Shown: positions 1 to 10,600, counted from the stretch's first letter. The stretch is 64,000 bases of DNA from Nannocystales bacterium (GCA_050633305.1 JBOEGF010000043.1:128001-192000); one strand, 5' to 3'. Made by a program: numbers and translations. The notes: generated by a model from the letters alone, not told the origin.

Positions 1-1
1 C

Positions 2-1633
2 TACGAGAACGACGCGGGCGTGTTCACCGACGTATCCAACACCGCGATCGACAGTTTCGAGGGCCGCATCCGCCAAGTCGCGATCGGCGACGTCGACGGC
101 GACGGTGACCTCGACATCTTCGCGCCCGACGGTCAGGGCGCAGGCAGTGCGTTCTTCATGAACATGGGGGACATGGTGTTTGCGGATGAGTACGCCGAGC
201 GGATGCCGGAAGCTCAGCCGAACGTCGGAGCCACGCGGATGGGTGACTTCGACAATGATGGAGACCTCGATATCTTCAGTGCCGACGGCTACACGTCGAA
301 CCCAGCCGTTTTCGGGCACATCTATCTCAACGACGGTCTCGGGAACTTCGACGAGGTCGACGGAGCCATCCCGGACGTCTTCACCGGGCAGGATCCAGAC
401 GACGTCGATCTGTTGGACGCCGACGGCGACTTCGTCATCGACATCCTGCTCAACGCCCACAACGGAGACAACAGCCTCTGGTTGGGCAACGGCGATGGAA
501 CGTTCAGCGATGCCAGCGATCAGTTTCCGCCGCAGAACAGCCAAGGTCCGAACTACCACTACAACCCCACCGCATGCGACGTCGATGGTGACGGTGACCT
601 CGATGCTTGGGTGGACAACATGGGGCCGAACTACACCGAGCAGTTGCTGATCAACGATGGATCAGGCGTCTACACGGATGAGACTGCTGATCGTGTGACC
701 GGGAACCAGGTGAACGGCGACGACAACGGTGTCGTTTGTGCCGACATCGACAACGACGGCGACTTCGATGCCGTCGTCATCGCGCTTGGGAGCCGAGAGC
801 GCTACCTACAGAACGATGGCAGCGGGAACTTCACGTTCGTGGATGGTGCGTTCGGGGGAGTGCCGGATGCGTCGCTGTGGGGCGAGTTTGGGGACTTGAA
901 CGGCGATGGTCGTTTTGACCTCGTGACCGGGCAGGGGGAGTTCGGTGACATCGAGGACCACGTCTACTTCGCGACCAATGGCCTCGCGGCTGATGACCGC
1001 GCTCCGTCGTTCCGTGCGATCGAGACGGGTTCGTTCGAGGAAGACAGCCCGATTGTGGTGCACGCTGCGATCGCGGATCGTTCCGTCACGGACAACGGCC
1101 CTCGTTTGTCGGCGATGGCCGCGACGCTTTCCGGTGACGGCGTCGACGAGGCGACGGTCGTGACGTACATGGGAGGGGATTTGTTCCGCGCAGAGTTTCC
1201 AACGCAGCCGGTCGGGTCCTACTCCGTTCAGATCTGCGCCACGGACATGGCGGGCAACGAGGGGTGCGAGATGACCCAGGTCGCAGTCGGAGGCGGTGGC
1301 GGAGAGTCCGATACGGACACCGACGGGGCGGATGACACCGGAGACGCTTCTGAGAGCGACACGGACGGGTCGTCCGACTCCGACTCCGACTCTGATTCCG
1401 ACTCCGACTCCGCGTCCGCGAGTGACTCGGACAGCGATAGCGGCCCAGGTTCGAGCGCGAGCGACTCGGCATCGGCGAGCGATACGAACGCCGCCACCGA
1501 CACCGACACCGACACGGACTCCGCGGGTGGCAACGGGGGTGGTGGAGGCGGCTGCACGACAGGTGGTCCCGCTCCGCTGAGCCTGCTGTTGCTCGGACCC
1601 GCGTTGCTCGGGCTGCGTCGTCGTCGCGAGTAA
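2..1633 (+). CDS. FG-GAP/VCBS-repeat surface protein with Ser/Asp-rich stalk and MYXO-CTERM-type C-terminal anchor (5' truncated by window edge)
   Basis: Frame open from base 2; repeated D(V/F/I)D(G/N)DGDLD motifs; S/D/T-rich linker; ends GGGCTTGGPAPLSLLLLGPALLGLRRRRE (Cys, hydrophobic helix, Arg cluster). Confidence 0.85.
   Translation, partial: YENDAGVFTDVSNTAIDSFEGRIRQVAIGDVDGDGDLDIFAPDGQGAGSAFFMNMGDMVFADEYAERMPEAQPNVGATRMGDFDNDGDLDIFSADGYTSNPAVFGHIYLNDGLGNFDEVDGAIPDVFTGQDPDDVDLLDADGDFVIDILLNAHNGDNSLWLGNGDGTFSDASDQFPPQNSQGPNYHYNPTACDVDGDGDLDAWVDNMGPNYTEQLLINDGSGVYTDETADRVTGNQVNGDDNGVVCADIDNDGDFDAVVIALGSRERYLQNDGSGNFTFVDGAFGGVPDASLWGEFGDLNGDGRFDLVTGQGEFGDIEDHVYFATNGLAADDRAPSFRAIETGSFEEDSPIVVHAAIADRSVTDNGPRLSAMAATLSGDGVDEATVVTYMGGDLFRAEFPTQPVGSYSVQICATDMAGNEGCEMTQVAVGGGGGESDTDTDGADDTGDASESDTDGSSDSDSDSDSDSDSASASDSDSDSGPGSSASDSASASDTNAATDTDTDTDSAGGNGGGGGGCTTGGPAPLSLLLLGPALLGLRRRRE
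1303..1520 (+). repeat. Low-complexity coding repeat (SD/TD dipeptides)
   Basis: Tandem tccgac and accgac hexamers encoding SDSDSD and TDTDTD. Confidence 0.8.
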
Positions 1634-1654
1634 CCCCACGCTCTGTGTGAAACA

Positions 1655-1689
1655 GGGGCTGCCGGCACTGCCGGCGGCCCCTTCTTCTT
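1655..1689 (+). terminator. Intrinsic terminator
   Basis: GGGGCTGCCGGC-ACT-GCCGGCGGCCCC 12-bp stem (one G-U) then TTCTTCTT, 21 nt after the stop at 1633. Confidence 0.75.
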
Positions 1690-1948
1690 GGCGTCGCGGC
1701 TAGGGCTCGTCGACGCCCGGGTAACCTGGCGCGTCCTGAGGCCGAGGGTCGCCTTCGATGTCGAACAGCTCGACTTCGTGGCGATGGACGGGCTGGTATG
1801 CGCCCTTCTCACGACTGGGGAAGTCGAATGCGAAGGGTACAAAGTCGACTACGCGGTCAAGGAAGGCCGACCCCGTCCCCCGTTCGAGGGCAAGGCTCCC
1901 TGGGTCGAGGCGCCGTTGTACCGCTTGGCACCACGACCCGCGCAGTGA
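1688..1948 (+). pseudogene. Possible 3' remnant of an RCC1-like repeat protein gene
   Basis: VCALLTTGEVECEG resembles the bacterial RCC1-repeat motif CAL.xxGxVxCWG; no credible start (TTG lies in the terminator tail). Confidence 0.3.
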
Positions 1949-1954
1949 GGTTCG

Positions 1955-1980
1955 CAAATACGACAGCGCTGTCGTATTTG
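1955..1980. repeat. Perfect 26-bp palindrome
   Basis: CAAATACGACAGC|GCTGTCGTATTTG is its own reverse complement. Confidence 0.9.
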
Positions 1981-2027
1981 AGATTCGCCAATCCTGGCGC
2001 ATTGGGGACGCTGATGCGGGGCCTCGA

Positions 2028-2618
2028 TCAGCCGTCGGCTTGCGCCGCGTCCAACACCGGTTGCAGCAGCGCCCCGAGGCGCTGCGGGTCGTCTTCATAA
2101 ACTCCGATCAGGGTCACCATGAAGGCGACCTTTCCCTTGCGGGCGATGACAACGTGTCCCATGGGGGCACCATCGGCCACGATGACCTTGGAGGTGGAGT
2201 TCTCGCCCCAGTCGAAGAGGTCGTCTTGATCCCGGAGTTCGACGTCGGCCATCGTCTCCATCAGGGGCGCAGTGAGCAGAAGGCCGCTGTACACGCCCAA
2301 GGCGTCCGAGGCTCGACGTTCGACGGAGTAGAGCGAGGAGGTCACGACGACGTCGCCGACCTCGTAGTCGACGGCGATGTCGTAGGACCCGTCGAGGTAC
2401 CGAGTCCGGATGACTTCGAGCGTGCCGCCATCCAACCCGGGCTCTTCATAGTAGGCCGAGAGGTGCTCTCCGGTGATCCCCCGTTGGGCATCGCTGGCCT
2501 CGGTGTCGACGCTCCAGCCGATCAGCATTCCCCAACCGAGAGCGGCGGCCAGGCCGAACCCGAGCACGCTTGCCACGACGATCAGCAGGGTCTTCTTCGT
2601 ACTCGCCGGGCCACTCAT
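2028..2618 (-). CDS. Hypothetical protein with N-terminal membrane anchor
   Basis: 196 aa, one hydrophobic N-terminal helix; TACGCT 6 nt before the ATG. Confidence 0.75.
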   Translation of the reverse strand: MSGPASTKKTLLIVVASVLGFGLAAALGWGMLIGWSVDTEASDAQRGITGEHLSAYYEEPGLDGGTLEVIRTRYLDGSYDIAVDYEVGDVVVTSSLYSVERRASDALGVYSGLLLTAPLMETMADVELRDQDDLFDWGENSTSKVIVADGAPMGHVVIARKGKVAFMVTLIGVYEDDPQRLGALLQPVLDAAQADG

Positions 2619-2733
2619 GATGGCAGCGTATCAATCCTGCCAGGGGGCTCGCAGGCCGGTATCGGGCCCCCTGCAGTGAACGGCCCGATCGGCCGGCCCC
2701 CAAAAAAACCGGGGACGCGTGCCGCTGGTGCCC

Positions 2734-3459
2734 CTACTTCTTCGCCGCGGCGTCGGGTTTCTTGCCGCTCTTGCCGGCGCCACACCCACCGCACTCGGTG
2801 TGGTCGTGCTTGTTCATGTTGCCGCAGTACTGGCACTTCCAGTCCGCGACGGCCTGCTTGGCGTCCTTTTCGGCCTTGGTCTTGTCGTCTTTGTCGGCCT
2901 TGGCCTTGCTGTCCTTCTTCGACTGCACGCCGCTGACCTTGTCGAGCGCGCTCTGGGCGGTCTCGAGATCTCCGAGGACCTTCTTCACGATCGCATCGGC
3001 GTCGTTGGGATTCTTGGCACCTTTCTTGAGGGCCTCTTCGGCCCGAGACAAGGCCTTCTCGGCATCCGCGGCCGCAACCTTCGCCCCCTCGCGAATCGAG
3101 GCGTCGGAGGCCTTGGCGGTGACCTCGACCCGGGCCTCGCGGAGCTTCTTGCTGACGGTCTCGACCTTGTCGAGTTCGCGCACGAAGCCCTTCATCAGGG
3201 CGCTGTTTGCCGCGGACAGCTTCTCGATGGCGGCATCGCCCTCGAGCGAGCCCGCGGCCTCATGAATCGGTTTCGCTTCATCGATCCGGGCCTGGAGCGC
3301 GGGTTTGAATCCGGGGTACTTCGCCTGCAAAGACTCGACCTTCTTCAGATTGCTCTTCCAGGCGGCGGTTTGGTTTTCCACCGTCTGTTTGCAGCCCCCG
3401 AAGAAGGCGAACAGGGTGAGCAACAAGAACGGGAGCAGGACAGTCCGGACTGCGGTCAC
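2734..3459 (-). CDS. Lipoprotein with Ala/Lys-rich helical body and C-terminal RanBP2-type zinc finger
   Basis: Signal ending FFGG-C; WKCQYCGNMNKHDHTECGGC; start GTG 3459 (TATGCT 7 nt upstream) or ATG 3471. Confidence 0.8.
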   Translation of the reverse strand: MTAVRTVLLPFLLLTLFAFFGGCKQTVENQTAAWKSNLKKVESLQAKYPGFKPALQARIDEAKPIHEAAGSLEGDAAIEKLSAANSALMKGFVRELDKVETVSKKLREARVEVTAKASDASIREGAKVAAADAEKALSRAEEALKKGAKNPNDADAIVKKVLGDLETAQSALDKVSGVQSKKDSKAKADKDDKTKAEKDAKQAVADWKCQYCGNMNKHDHTECGGCGAGKSGKKPDAAAKK

Positions 3460-3539
3460 GGCGGCAAGCATACTGCGCGCGGCGGCTGCTCGTCATCCGG
3501 CCCTTTCCCCGGACGCGTAGGTGTGCGACCAACACGTAG

Positions 3540-6467
3540 ATGGTGCACGCGGTCGCGAGACGCTTCGCCTGTGAGGAACTCGTCCGCTTGCGGCGGGCGG
3601 ACGAACAGCGTCGGTACCTGGCCTCGCAGCGAAGCGCACGGATCGATCCCAACCCGCATCAGATCGAGGCGGTCATCTTCGCGCTTCAGAGGATCCCCAA
3701 GGGCGGTTGCATCCTTGCCGACGAGGTGGGGTTGGGGAAGACGATCGAGGCTGGCCTCACGCTGTCCCAGCTGCTGGCCGAGGGAGCCTCACGCATCCTG
3801 TTGCTGACACCCAAACCACTGCTTGGGCAATGGAGAGACGAACTGCTCGCGTTGTTCGGCATCACCGCTCGAGAGGGAGCCTCGGAGGAGACCGGCTTTG
3901 AGGGTCCAGGGGTGTTCATCGCTGGTCGGGAGTACGCGGGCTCCGAGGTGGGAGCCGCCGCGATCGGGGGGAGCGGTAAGTTCGACCTGTGCGTCATCGA
4001 TGAGGCGCATGAGATCTTCGCGGGGATCTATCGGCGCTACGATCGACAAGGCGGTCTTCGAGATGGGTCGCGCTACGCCCGAACCGCGGCCCGGGTGAAG
4101 CACGCGTTGCTCGGCACGCCCATGTTGCTGCTCACCGCGACACCCATCCAAAACACGCTCACCGAGATGTGGGGCCTGGTTCAATACGTCGAACCGACCG
4201 GCACCCTGCTGGGGGACCTGGGCACGTTTCGCTCGGTGTTTTGCGATGGGGATGATCGCCGGATTCGGCCCGGGCAGGATGACGAGCTGAAACGACGGCT
4301 CGCAACGGTCTGCCAGCGAACGCTACGCCGCCAAGCGCAGACGTTCATGGCCAAAGCGTTCACCCAGCGGACGGCGCGGTTGTTCGAGTACTCGATGTCT
4401 CCGGACGAGGCGCAGCTGTATGAGGACGTGACGCAGTATCTGCTCGATCCCAAGACGCTCGCGTTTCGTGGAACCCACCGCCGACTATTGCTGATCGGCT
4501 TTCATCGCCGCATGGGGAGCTCGGTGGTGGCGCTCGCCGACTCGCTTCAGGCGGTGGCCGATCGTTTGCGGCGGAAGCTCGAGGGGAGCGGCGACACGCT
4601 TCGGCTCTTCGAAGCCGATCTCGACGATGAGGATGCACCAGCGGCCCCCCGCGGTGATGACGAGGAGGTTCCCGAGCATCCGGAGCCCGAGCTCGTCGCC
4701 GAGATGAAGCGGGTTCAGGGGCTCGCGGACCTCGCCAGGAGTCTGCCGGTCGACAGTAAGGCGGAGCAGCTGAGGGTCGCGGTGGAACGCGCGCTGACTC
4801 GGTCCGACGGCAGTGGAAAGGTGGTCATCTTCACCGAAGCCCTCTCCACGCAGACGTACATCAAGCGGGTGCTGGTGGAGGGACGCATCGTCGCACCCGA
4901 TGCCGTGACGATGTTCCGAGGGCAGAACACCGGGCCCGAGGTGGCCGTCGCCCTCCAGCGGTGGGAGGGCGAGGTCGGCTCGCGAATGCCCAAGGACGCC
5001 CAGCCATCGCGTTCGGTGGCGGTCCGGCTGGCCCTGGTCCACGAGTTTGCGACGAAGACCGCGGTGTTCATTGCGACCGAAGCTGGGGCGAAAGGGCTGA
5101 ACCTGCAGTTCTGTGACACGGTGATCAACTACGACCTTCCGTGGAACCCGCAGCGCATCGAGCAGCGAATCGGTCGGTGCCATCGCTATGGCCAAACGCG
5201 CGACGTCACCGTCATCAACTTCATCAACCGCGACAACGAAGCGCAGCGGCTCACCTTCGACATCCTCTCCCGCAAGCTCGAGCTGTTTGGCACCGTTTTG
5301 GATGCCTCGGACGCGGTCCTTCATCAGGCGGTGGCGCCGACATCGACCGCGTTGGTCGGTGCGCTTGCCAGCGACTTCGAGGCCCAACTGGCGGACGTCT
5401 ACGACAAGGCTCGCTCGGCCGAAGAAATCGCCGCAGGCATGGCGGAGCTCGGAGCGCGCGTCGGAGATGCCAAGGACGACTATGAGCAGACACACGCACG
5501 AACGGCGGGGCTGATCGAGACCCGGTTCGACGCGACGGTGCGGGCGGCGTTCAAGGACATCGAAGAGGAACTCCCCGAGGCATTGGCGGCCTTGGATGCA
5601 GAGCTGGAGGGCGTCCTCGTCCGGTTCCTGGACGCGGTTGGGATCCCGTACACGACCGATCGGGATGACGCTGGTCTGACGGTTGAGGTCTCCGCGCATC
5701 CGAAGCTTCCTCCTGCACTGCGGGAGGGCGTCCGGATCCGCGTGGGCGACGGGGTGCCCGAGCAGGGGGAGCCGTTGCACGTCGGCCATGCCCTCATCCG
5801 AGCAGCGCTCGAGGAATCACGGGCAGCCACTGTCGGGCGTCAACGGGTGTCGATCCGTGCTTCGAACCTCGAGGGGGATGTGGCGGCAAAACGAGGGACG
5901 ACGGGCCGGATCAGTGTGGTGCGGATGCAGGCGCTTGGCTTCGAACCGGTGACCGAGCTGCTGCCCGTGGTTGTGCTCGACGACGGGCCGCAGCCGTTCA
6001 TGGGTGCTCGGGCGCGTGGCTGGGTGCTCGCGGCGATCGCCGAGGCAGACCCCCACGTCGGCCTTTCGCTCGACACGCTCGAGGATGCGGCTCAGGAAGC
6101 GATCTTCGTTGCGGGGGGAGATCTCGAGGCTCGGGAGCACCTGCGCTTCGAAGAGACGATGGCGCAGATTGAGCGCTCGGTCGACGACCGTGTCTTGGCA
6201 CTGCGCCGGATCCGTCACGAGGTCCAGGGTCGTCACGCCGAGGCTCTGGGTCGTCGCGACGCGGCAGTGGGGCCAGGCCCACGGACCCGGGCCGAGCAGG
6301 AGCTGGCCGCGATCGAAACGGAACTCGAGGGGCTCGACGCACAGGCCCTGCGCCTGCTCACACGCGACGACGACGAGTACCGGTCGTGGCGATCACGCGC
6401 CTACGTCCGGCGTTACACTCCGCCCTCCTACGAACGCATCCTCGATGTGGAGTTCGTGCTCGTATGA
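3540..6467 (+). CDS. SNF2-family (RapA-like) SF2 helicase/ATPase
   Basis: PNPHQ, ADEVGLGKT (I), DEAH (II), TATPIQN (III), TEAGAKGLNLQ (V), QRIGRCHRYGQ (VI); helical C-terminus. Confidence 0.95.
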   Translation: MVHAVARRFACEELVRLRRADEQRRYLASQRSARIDPNPHQIEAVIFALQRIPKGGCILADEVGLGKTIEAGLTLSQLLAEGASRILLLTPKPLLGQWRDELLALFGITAREGASEETGFEGPGVFIAGREYAGSEVGAAAIGGSGKFDLCVIDEAHEIFAGIYRRYDRQGGLRDGSRYARTAARVKHALLGTPMLLLTATPIQNTLTEMWGLVQYVEPTGTLLGDLGTFRSVFCDGDDRRIRPGQDDELKRRLATVCQRTLRRQAQTFMAKAFTQRTARLFEYSMSPDEAQLYEDVTQYLLDPKTLAFRGTHRRLLLIGFHRRMGSSVVALADSLQAVADRLRRKLEGSGDTLRLFEADLDDEDAPAAPRGDDEEVPEHPEPELVAEMKRVQGLADLARSLPVDSKAEQLRVAVERALTRSDGSGKVVIFTEALSTQTYIKRVLVEGRIVAPDAVTMFRGQNTGPEVAVALQRWEGEVGSRMPKDAQPSRSVAVRLALVHEFATKTAVFIATEAGAKGLNLQFCDTVINYDLPWNPQRIEQRIGRCHRYGQTRDVTVINFINRDNEAQRLTFDILSRKLELFGTVLDASDAVLHQAVAPTSTALVGALASDFEAQLADVYDKARSAEEIAAGMAELGARVGDAKDDYEQTHARTAGLIETRFDATVRAAFKDIEEELPEALAALDAELEGVLVRFLDAVGIPYTTDRDDAGLTVEVSAHPKLPPALREGVRIRVGDGVPEQGEPLHVGHALIRAALEESRAATVGRQRVSIRASNLEGDVAAKRGTTGRISVVRMQALGFEPVTELLPVVVLDDGPQPFMGARARGWVLAAIAEADPHVGLSLDTLEDAAQEAIFVAGGDLEAREHLRFEETMAQIERSVDDRVLALRRIRHEVQGRHAEALGRRDAAVGPGPRTRAEQELAAIETELEGLDAQALRLLTRDDDEYRSWRSRAYVRRYTPPSYERILDVEFVLV

Positions 6468-7624
6468 GCCAAGGTGATCCCGACGTGGCGCTCAAGCTCC
6501 TGCATACCGCCGACTGGCACCTGGGAATGCGCTTCCCCAGCTTCTCTGAGGAGCATCAACGAACTCTGATGCGGGCGCGGATGGACGTGCTCGATAGCGT
6601 GTTTGGGGCGGCCGAATCCGCGGGAGTCGACGCTGTCTTGTGCGCGGGCGACCTGTTCGATGATCCGCTTCCCGCGGACCCATGGTGGCAGGGCTTGCTC
6701 GAGCGACTCCACGCTCGGGACTGGTCCGGGCGCCCGGTGTTCTTGTTGCCCGGCAACCACGACCCGCTGACAAACAAGAGCGTGTGGTCCGAAGACCATC
6801 CGTTCCGGCGCGGTCTGCCCGATGGGGTCCACGTCGTCGACCGGGATGACTTCGAGGCTCCACTGTCCGACTGTGGGGTGCTGCTCGCGGCACCGTGTCG
6901 CACCCGGGCCGGCCAGAGCGGCCTGTGGAAGAACCTGCCGCGCCGCGCAGCGGATGACGAGCGCATCCGCGTGGGCATGATTCACGGGCAGACCACCGAT
7001 ATCGAGGGGTTCCAAAACACCTTCCCGATTCCGGCCGAGGCCGCTGAAGATCGCGGTCTCGACTACCTCGCGATTGGCGACACGCACGCGTTTCGCGAGG
7101 TGCCTCCGGGGGCTGCGGTGCCGACGGTCTACCCGAGCGCACCCGAGCCCACGAAGTTCGGGGAGCAGGATGCCGGCTATGTGGCGCTGGTGTTTTTCCC
7201 GCGGGATGGGAGGCGGGCGCTGCTTCGTAAGGAGCGAGTCGGACGTTGGCGTTGGGTCGAGCGGACGGTCAAGTCCGTGGCCGATCTTCGGGCCCTCGCA
7301 GCCGAGGGCGACCTGGCCACCAAGGTGATGCGGCTTCACGTGCAACTCGATGCGACACCGCCGGAGTACGAAGCCGTCGAGGCTTTGCTGCGGACGCTGG
7401 GGGGCACCGATGCGACACATGGCCGGGTTGGGGTGCTTCAGGTCGATCGCTCGCGGCTGCGGCTGCGGACCGACGACCTCGAGGCGGCCTTCGATGGACT
7501 GCCAGATGAACTCGGGCAGGTCGTCTCGCGGCTTCAGGCTCGGGCGGAGTCCGGCGGAGAGGACGCGGAAGCAGCGAAGCGGGCACTGTACCACCTGTAT
7601 CGCTCGGTCCGGGGGAACGACTGA
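6464..7624 (+). CDS. Mre11/SbcD/YhaO-type metallophosphoesterase nuclease
   Basis: HTADWHLG, AGDLFD, PGNHD, IHG, GDTH, PEP motifs; ATGA overlap with the helicase stop. Confidence 0.92.
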   Translation: MSQGDPDVALKLLHTADWHLGMRFPSFSEEHQRTLMRARMDVLDSVFGAAESAGVDAVLCAGDLFDDPLPADPWWQGLLERLHARDWSGRPVFLLPGNHDPLTNKSVWSEDHPFRRGLPDGVHVVDRDDFEAPLSDCGVLLAAPCRTRAGQSGLWKNLPRRAADDERIRVGMIHGQTTDIEGFQNTFPIPAEAAEDRGLDYLAIGDTHAFREVPPGAAVPTVYPSAPEPTKFGEQDAGYVALVFFPRDGRRALLRKERVGRWRWVERTVKSVADLRALAAEGDLATKVMRLHVQLDATPPEYEAVEALLRTLGGTDATHGRVGVLQVDRSRLRLRTDDLEAAFDGLPDELGQVVSRLQARAESGGEDAEAAKRALYHLYRSVRGND

Positions 7625-10600
7625 TGCGTTTGCGAACCCTCGAGGTCTCGGACTTCGGCGCGGTGGAGCAGGCCAAGGTGTCCTTTGAGGATGGGCTCAA
7701 CGTCCTGCACGGGCCCAACGACCTGGGTAAGTCGACACTCGCGGCTGCAATCCGGGCCGCGCTCCTGTTGCAACATGGGTCGAGTGCCGCGCGGCCGTAC
7801 ATCCCGTGGGGAACGACCCGTAAGCCCACCGTCACGCTCGTCTTGGAGATCAAGGGGAGGTGGTGGCGGGTGCACAAAGCCTTCGGCACCAGCTCGGGGG
7901 GGAAGTCCGTGTTGGAGTGGTCGAACGACGGCATGACCTACAGCCTCGAAGAGGAGGGCCGCGGTGTCGACGGCCGCCTGCGCGAGCTGTTGGAGTGGGG
8001 CCTCGCCGCGCCGGGTGGACGGGGTGGATCGCACGGGTTTCCCAAGTCCTTCCTTGCGACGGTGTTGTTGGGCGAGCAGGCGGTGCCGTATCGGTTGCTG
8101 GAGCAGAGCCTCGACAGCGATGCGGAGGACAGCGGCAAGGCGCGACTCGTCGAGGCGCTGCAGGCGATGGCGACTGACCCGCTGTACCAGCAGGTGCTCG
8201 AGCATGCCCAGACTCGGGTGGACGAGGCGTTCACCGCGAAGGGCAAGCGAAGCACCCGGAAAGGGAGTCCATTCGAACGCGTCGGCACCGAGATCAAGCA
8301 GCGGCGAGAGGCGAGCGAAGAGCTGATCTCCGCGGTCGCCGAGAGCGACGCCGTTGTATCGAGGTTGGCCGAGCTTTCGGTGCGTCGAGACACGGCGCTG
8401 GCCGAGCGCGCCCGGATCGCGCAGACGGTCGAGGGCATCGAGGTGGCGCTCGAGGAGGTCCGCATTCGTGTGGGCTTGCAGGCCGAGGTGGATGCTGCGC
8501 GTGGAGCCTTGGCCGAGATCGAGCGTAACGGACAGGAGATTGCGCGTCTGCATGGCGAGCTTCAGTCCGCGAAGGCAGCCGTGCCCAAGGCCGAGGCCGC
8601 GTTGGAAGCGGAGCGGGGCGCGGTGCGAGACGCGGAGGTGGAGTTCGAGCGGGCACGCGCAGCCGCGCAGGCGCTGAGTTCGGGTGAGGACCCGGAGCTT
8701 CGGGCCCAAGCCCAAGCTCGGGCGGAGACGCTGCGGGAGCTGGATGCCGAAGCGGCGACGTTGCAAGCCCGTGAGACGCAGCTGATGCAGTGGCGAGCGG
8801 CGTGTGAGGAGCGGGACCAGACGCTTGCGAAGCAGCAGAAGGCGCTCGATGTGCACACCGCGGCTGTGGAGGCCCAAGCCAAGGCAAGCGCTGCCGCGTC
8901 GGAAGCGGCGGCGGTGCACCGCCGCCGTGCGGACGCCTTGCTGTGGATGCGTGCCGAGGGCCTTCGGCGACGGGTGGAAGGGCTGGTGGGGCGCGAGGCC
9001 GCGGCGAACCAAGCTCGCGAAGAGGCGGACGCCAAACGTGCCGAGGCGGCCGCTCTCGCTGCCAAGCTGGGGACGGACTTTCCCGACAGCGAGACCCGCG
9101 AAACGATGGAAGCCTCGTGGCGAGCGCTGCAGATGCGAGAGGCGGCCCTGCGTGGTGGGGTCCGGGTGGCGTTGGCGTTGTCGCAAGACATCAAGGCGAC
9201 GACGGATGGTGCCGGCCCGAATGCGGTGGCCGCGGATGCCACCATCGATGCGGAACGCGAAGTCGTGCTCGAACTCGGCGCGCTGGGGGAGATGACGGTT
9301 CGCCCGGGTGATCCGAGCGCTCACGCAGCGCTGGAAGAGGCGAGGTCCGCGTGGAGTGTGCACGCGGCACGGCTCGACGCGTTGGGCATTGCATCGGTCG
9401 ATGCGCTCCGGGTGGCCGCCACCGCTCGCGCAGAGGTGCAGCGCGAGCGAGATGCCCGAGCCCAAGAGGCTCAGATGCTGGAGGCGCGCGCGACTCCGGT
9501 GGAGGCCTCCGAGTTGCAGTCGGCGAAGGCCGACCTCGAAGCGGCCGAGCGCGGCCTCGAGAACGTGGAGGATTCGGGATGCAAGGCCGAGGCTGAGGCG
9601 CACGGGGACGACCTCGATGCAGCCGTACGCGAGTCTGAGGCGGATGCCGAGCGTCTGGCTCGGCTCGCAGTGGTCGCTGCAGCCACCGCATCGGAGGCGC
9701 AGACGGAGCGACGCTTGGCCGAAGAGCGGGCCGACGCCGCATCGAAGCTCGAGGCCGCCGCGCGGCTCGATGGAGACGATCCCGTGCGCGCTGCCGAGGC
9801 ACTCCGCACTGCCCTCGATGGCATCGCGCAGCGGCGGTCTGAACTCGATGCGCAGGCGAAGGCGGAGGTCGACGGGATGGCGCAACGGACCGAGGCCGCC
9901 CAGCGGGCGGTGACCGAGGCGGAGTCCGCCCGCCTGGGCGCCACCGAACGCGAAGCGGCCCTCCGACAAACGCTCGACCAGGCTCGAGCGACGCAGACGG
10001 CCGCCGATGCGGCGTTGGCGGTGCGACGAGAGCAGGCGCAACACCACGACGCATTTGCGGCGGCCGAACGAGTCGCGCAAGCGCAGGATGCCCTGGCAGG
10101 GGCTCCGGAGCCGCAGGTGGACACCTCGCAGGAGACGGTCGACGCAGCGCGGACAGCGTTGGTGGTCGCCGAGGAGGCGCTCGAAGACGCGGAGCGGGCC
10201 GTACGCCAGCAGGAAGGTGCGCTACAGCAGGTTGGCGGTCAGGTCGTGCGCGAGAGGTCCCAGATGGCCCGGGAGGCCCTCGAGGATGCGCGGCGTCAGG
10301 AGGCCGAGATCGAGCTCGACTACGACGGGTGGCGGCTGCTGCTCAGCACCCTTCGCGAGGTCGAGAACGAAACGGGCGCCCATCTTGGGCGTTCCCTGGG
10401 CACCGAGGTCGCGACCCGCATGGAGTCCCTCTCCCAGGGCCGCTATCGGGGGGCATCTCTGGGCGCGGACCTGGAGACCGAAGGGGTGGTGACCGAGCAG
10501 GGCGTGCAAGCCCTCGACCGGTTCTCCGAGGGGGTCAAAGAGCAGGTCGCGACGTTGCTGCGGGTGAGCGTCGCCGAGCATCTCGGGACGACGCTGGTGC

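Noticed and set aside
1303..1520. Hexamer repeats here and at 48424-48595 as CRISPR or non-coding arrays
   Set aside because: In-frame low-complexity protein linkers with no spacers and no cas genes
2641..2735. GC-rich stems and an A7 run as a terminator or structured RNA; similar stems at 23463-23502, 47270-47295 and 52565-52600
   Set aside because: The stems are imperfect or lack U-tracts, and such stems are expected by chance at this GC content
7534..10080. 848-aa ORF antisense to the coiled-coil ATPase, and similar long shadow ORFs (4485-5789, 47735-49117, 62785-63978)
   Set aside because: No motifs; expected stop-poor shadow frames of high-GC genes with clear products on the other strand
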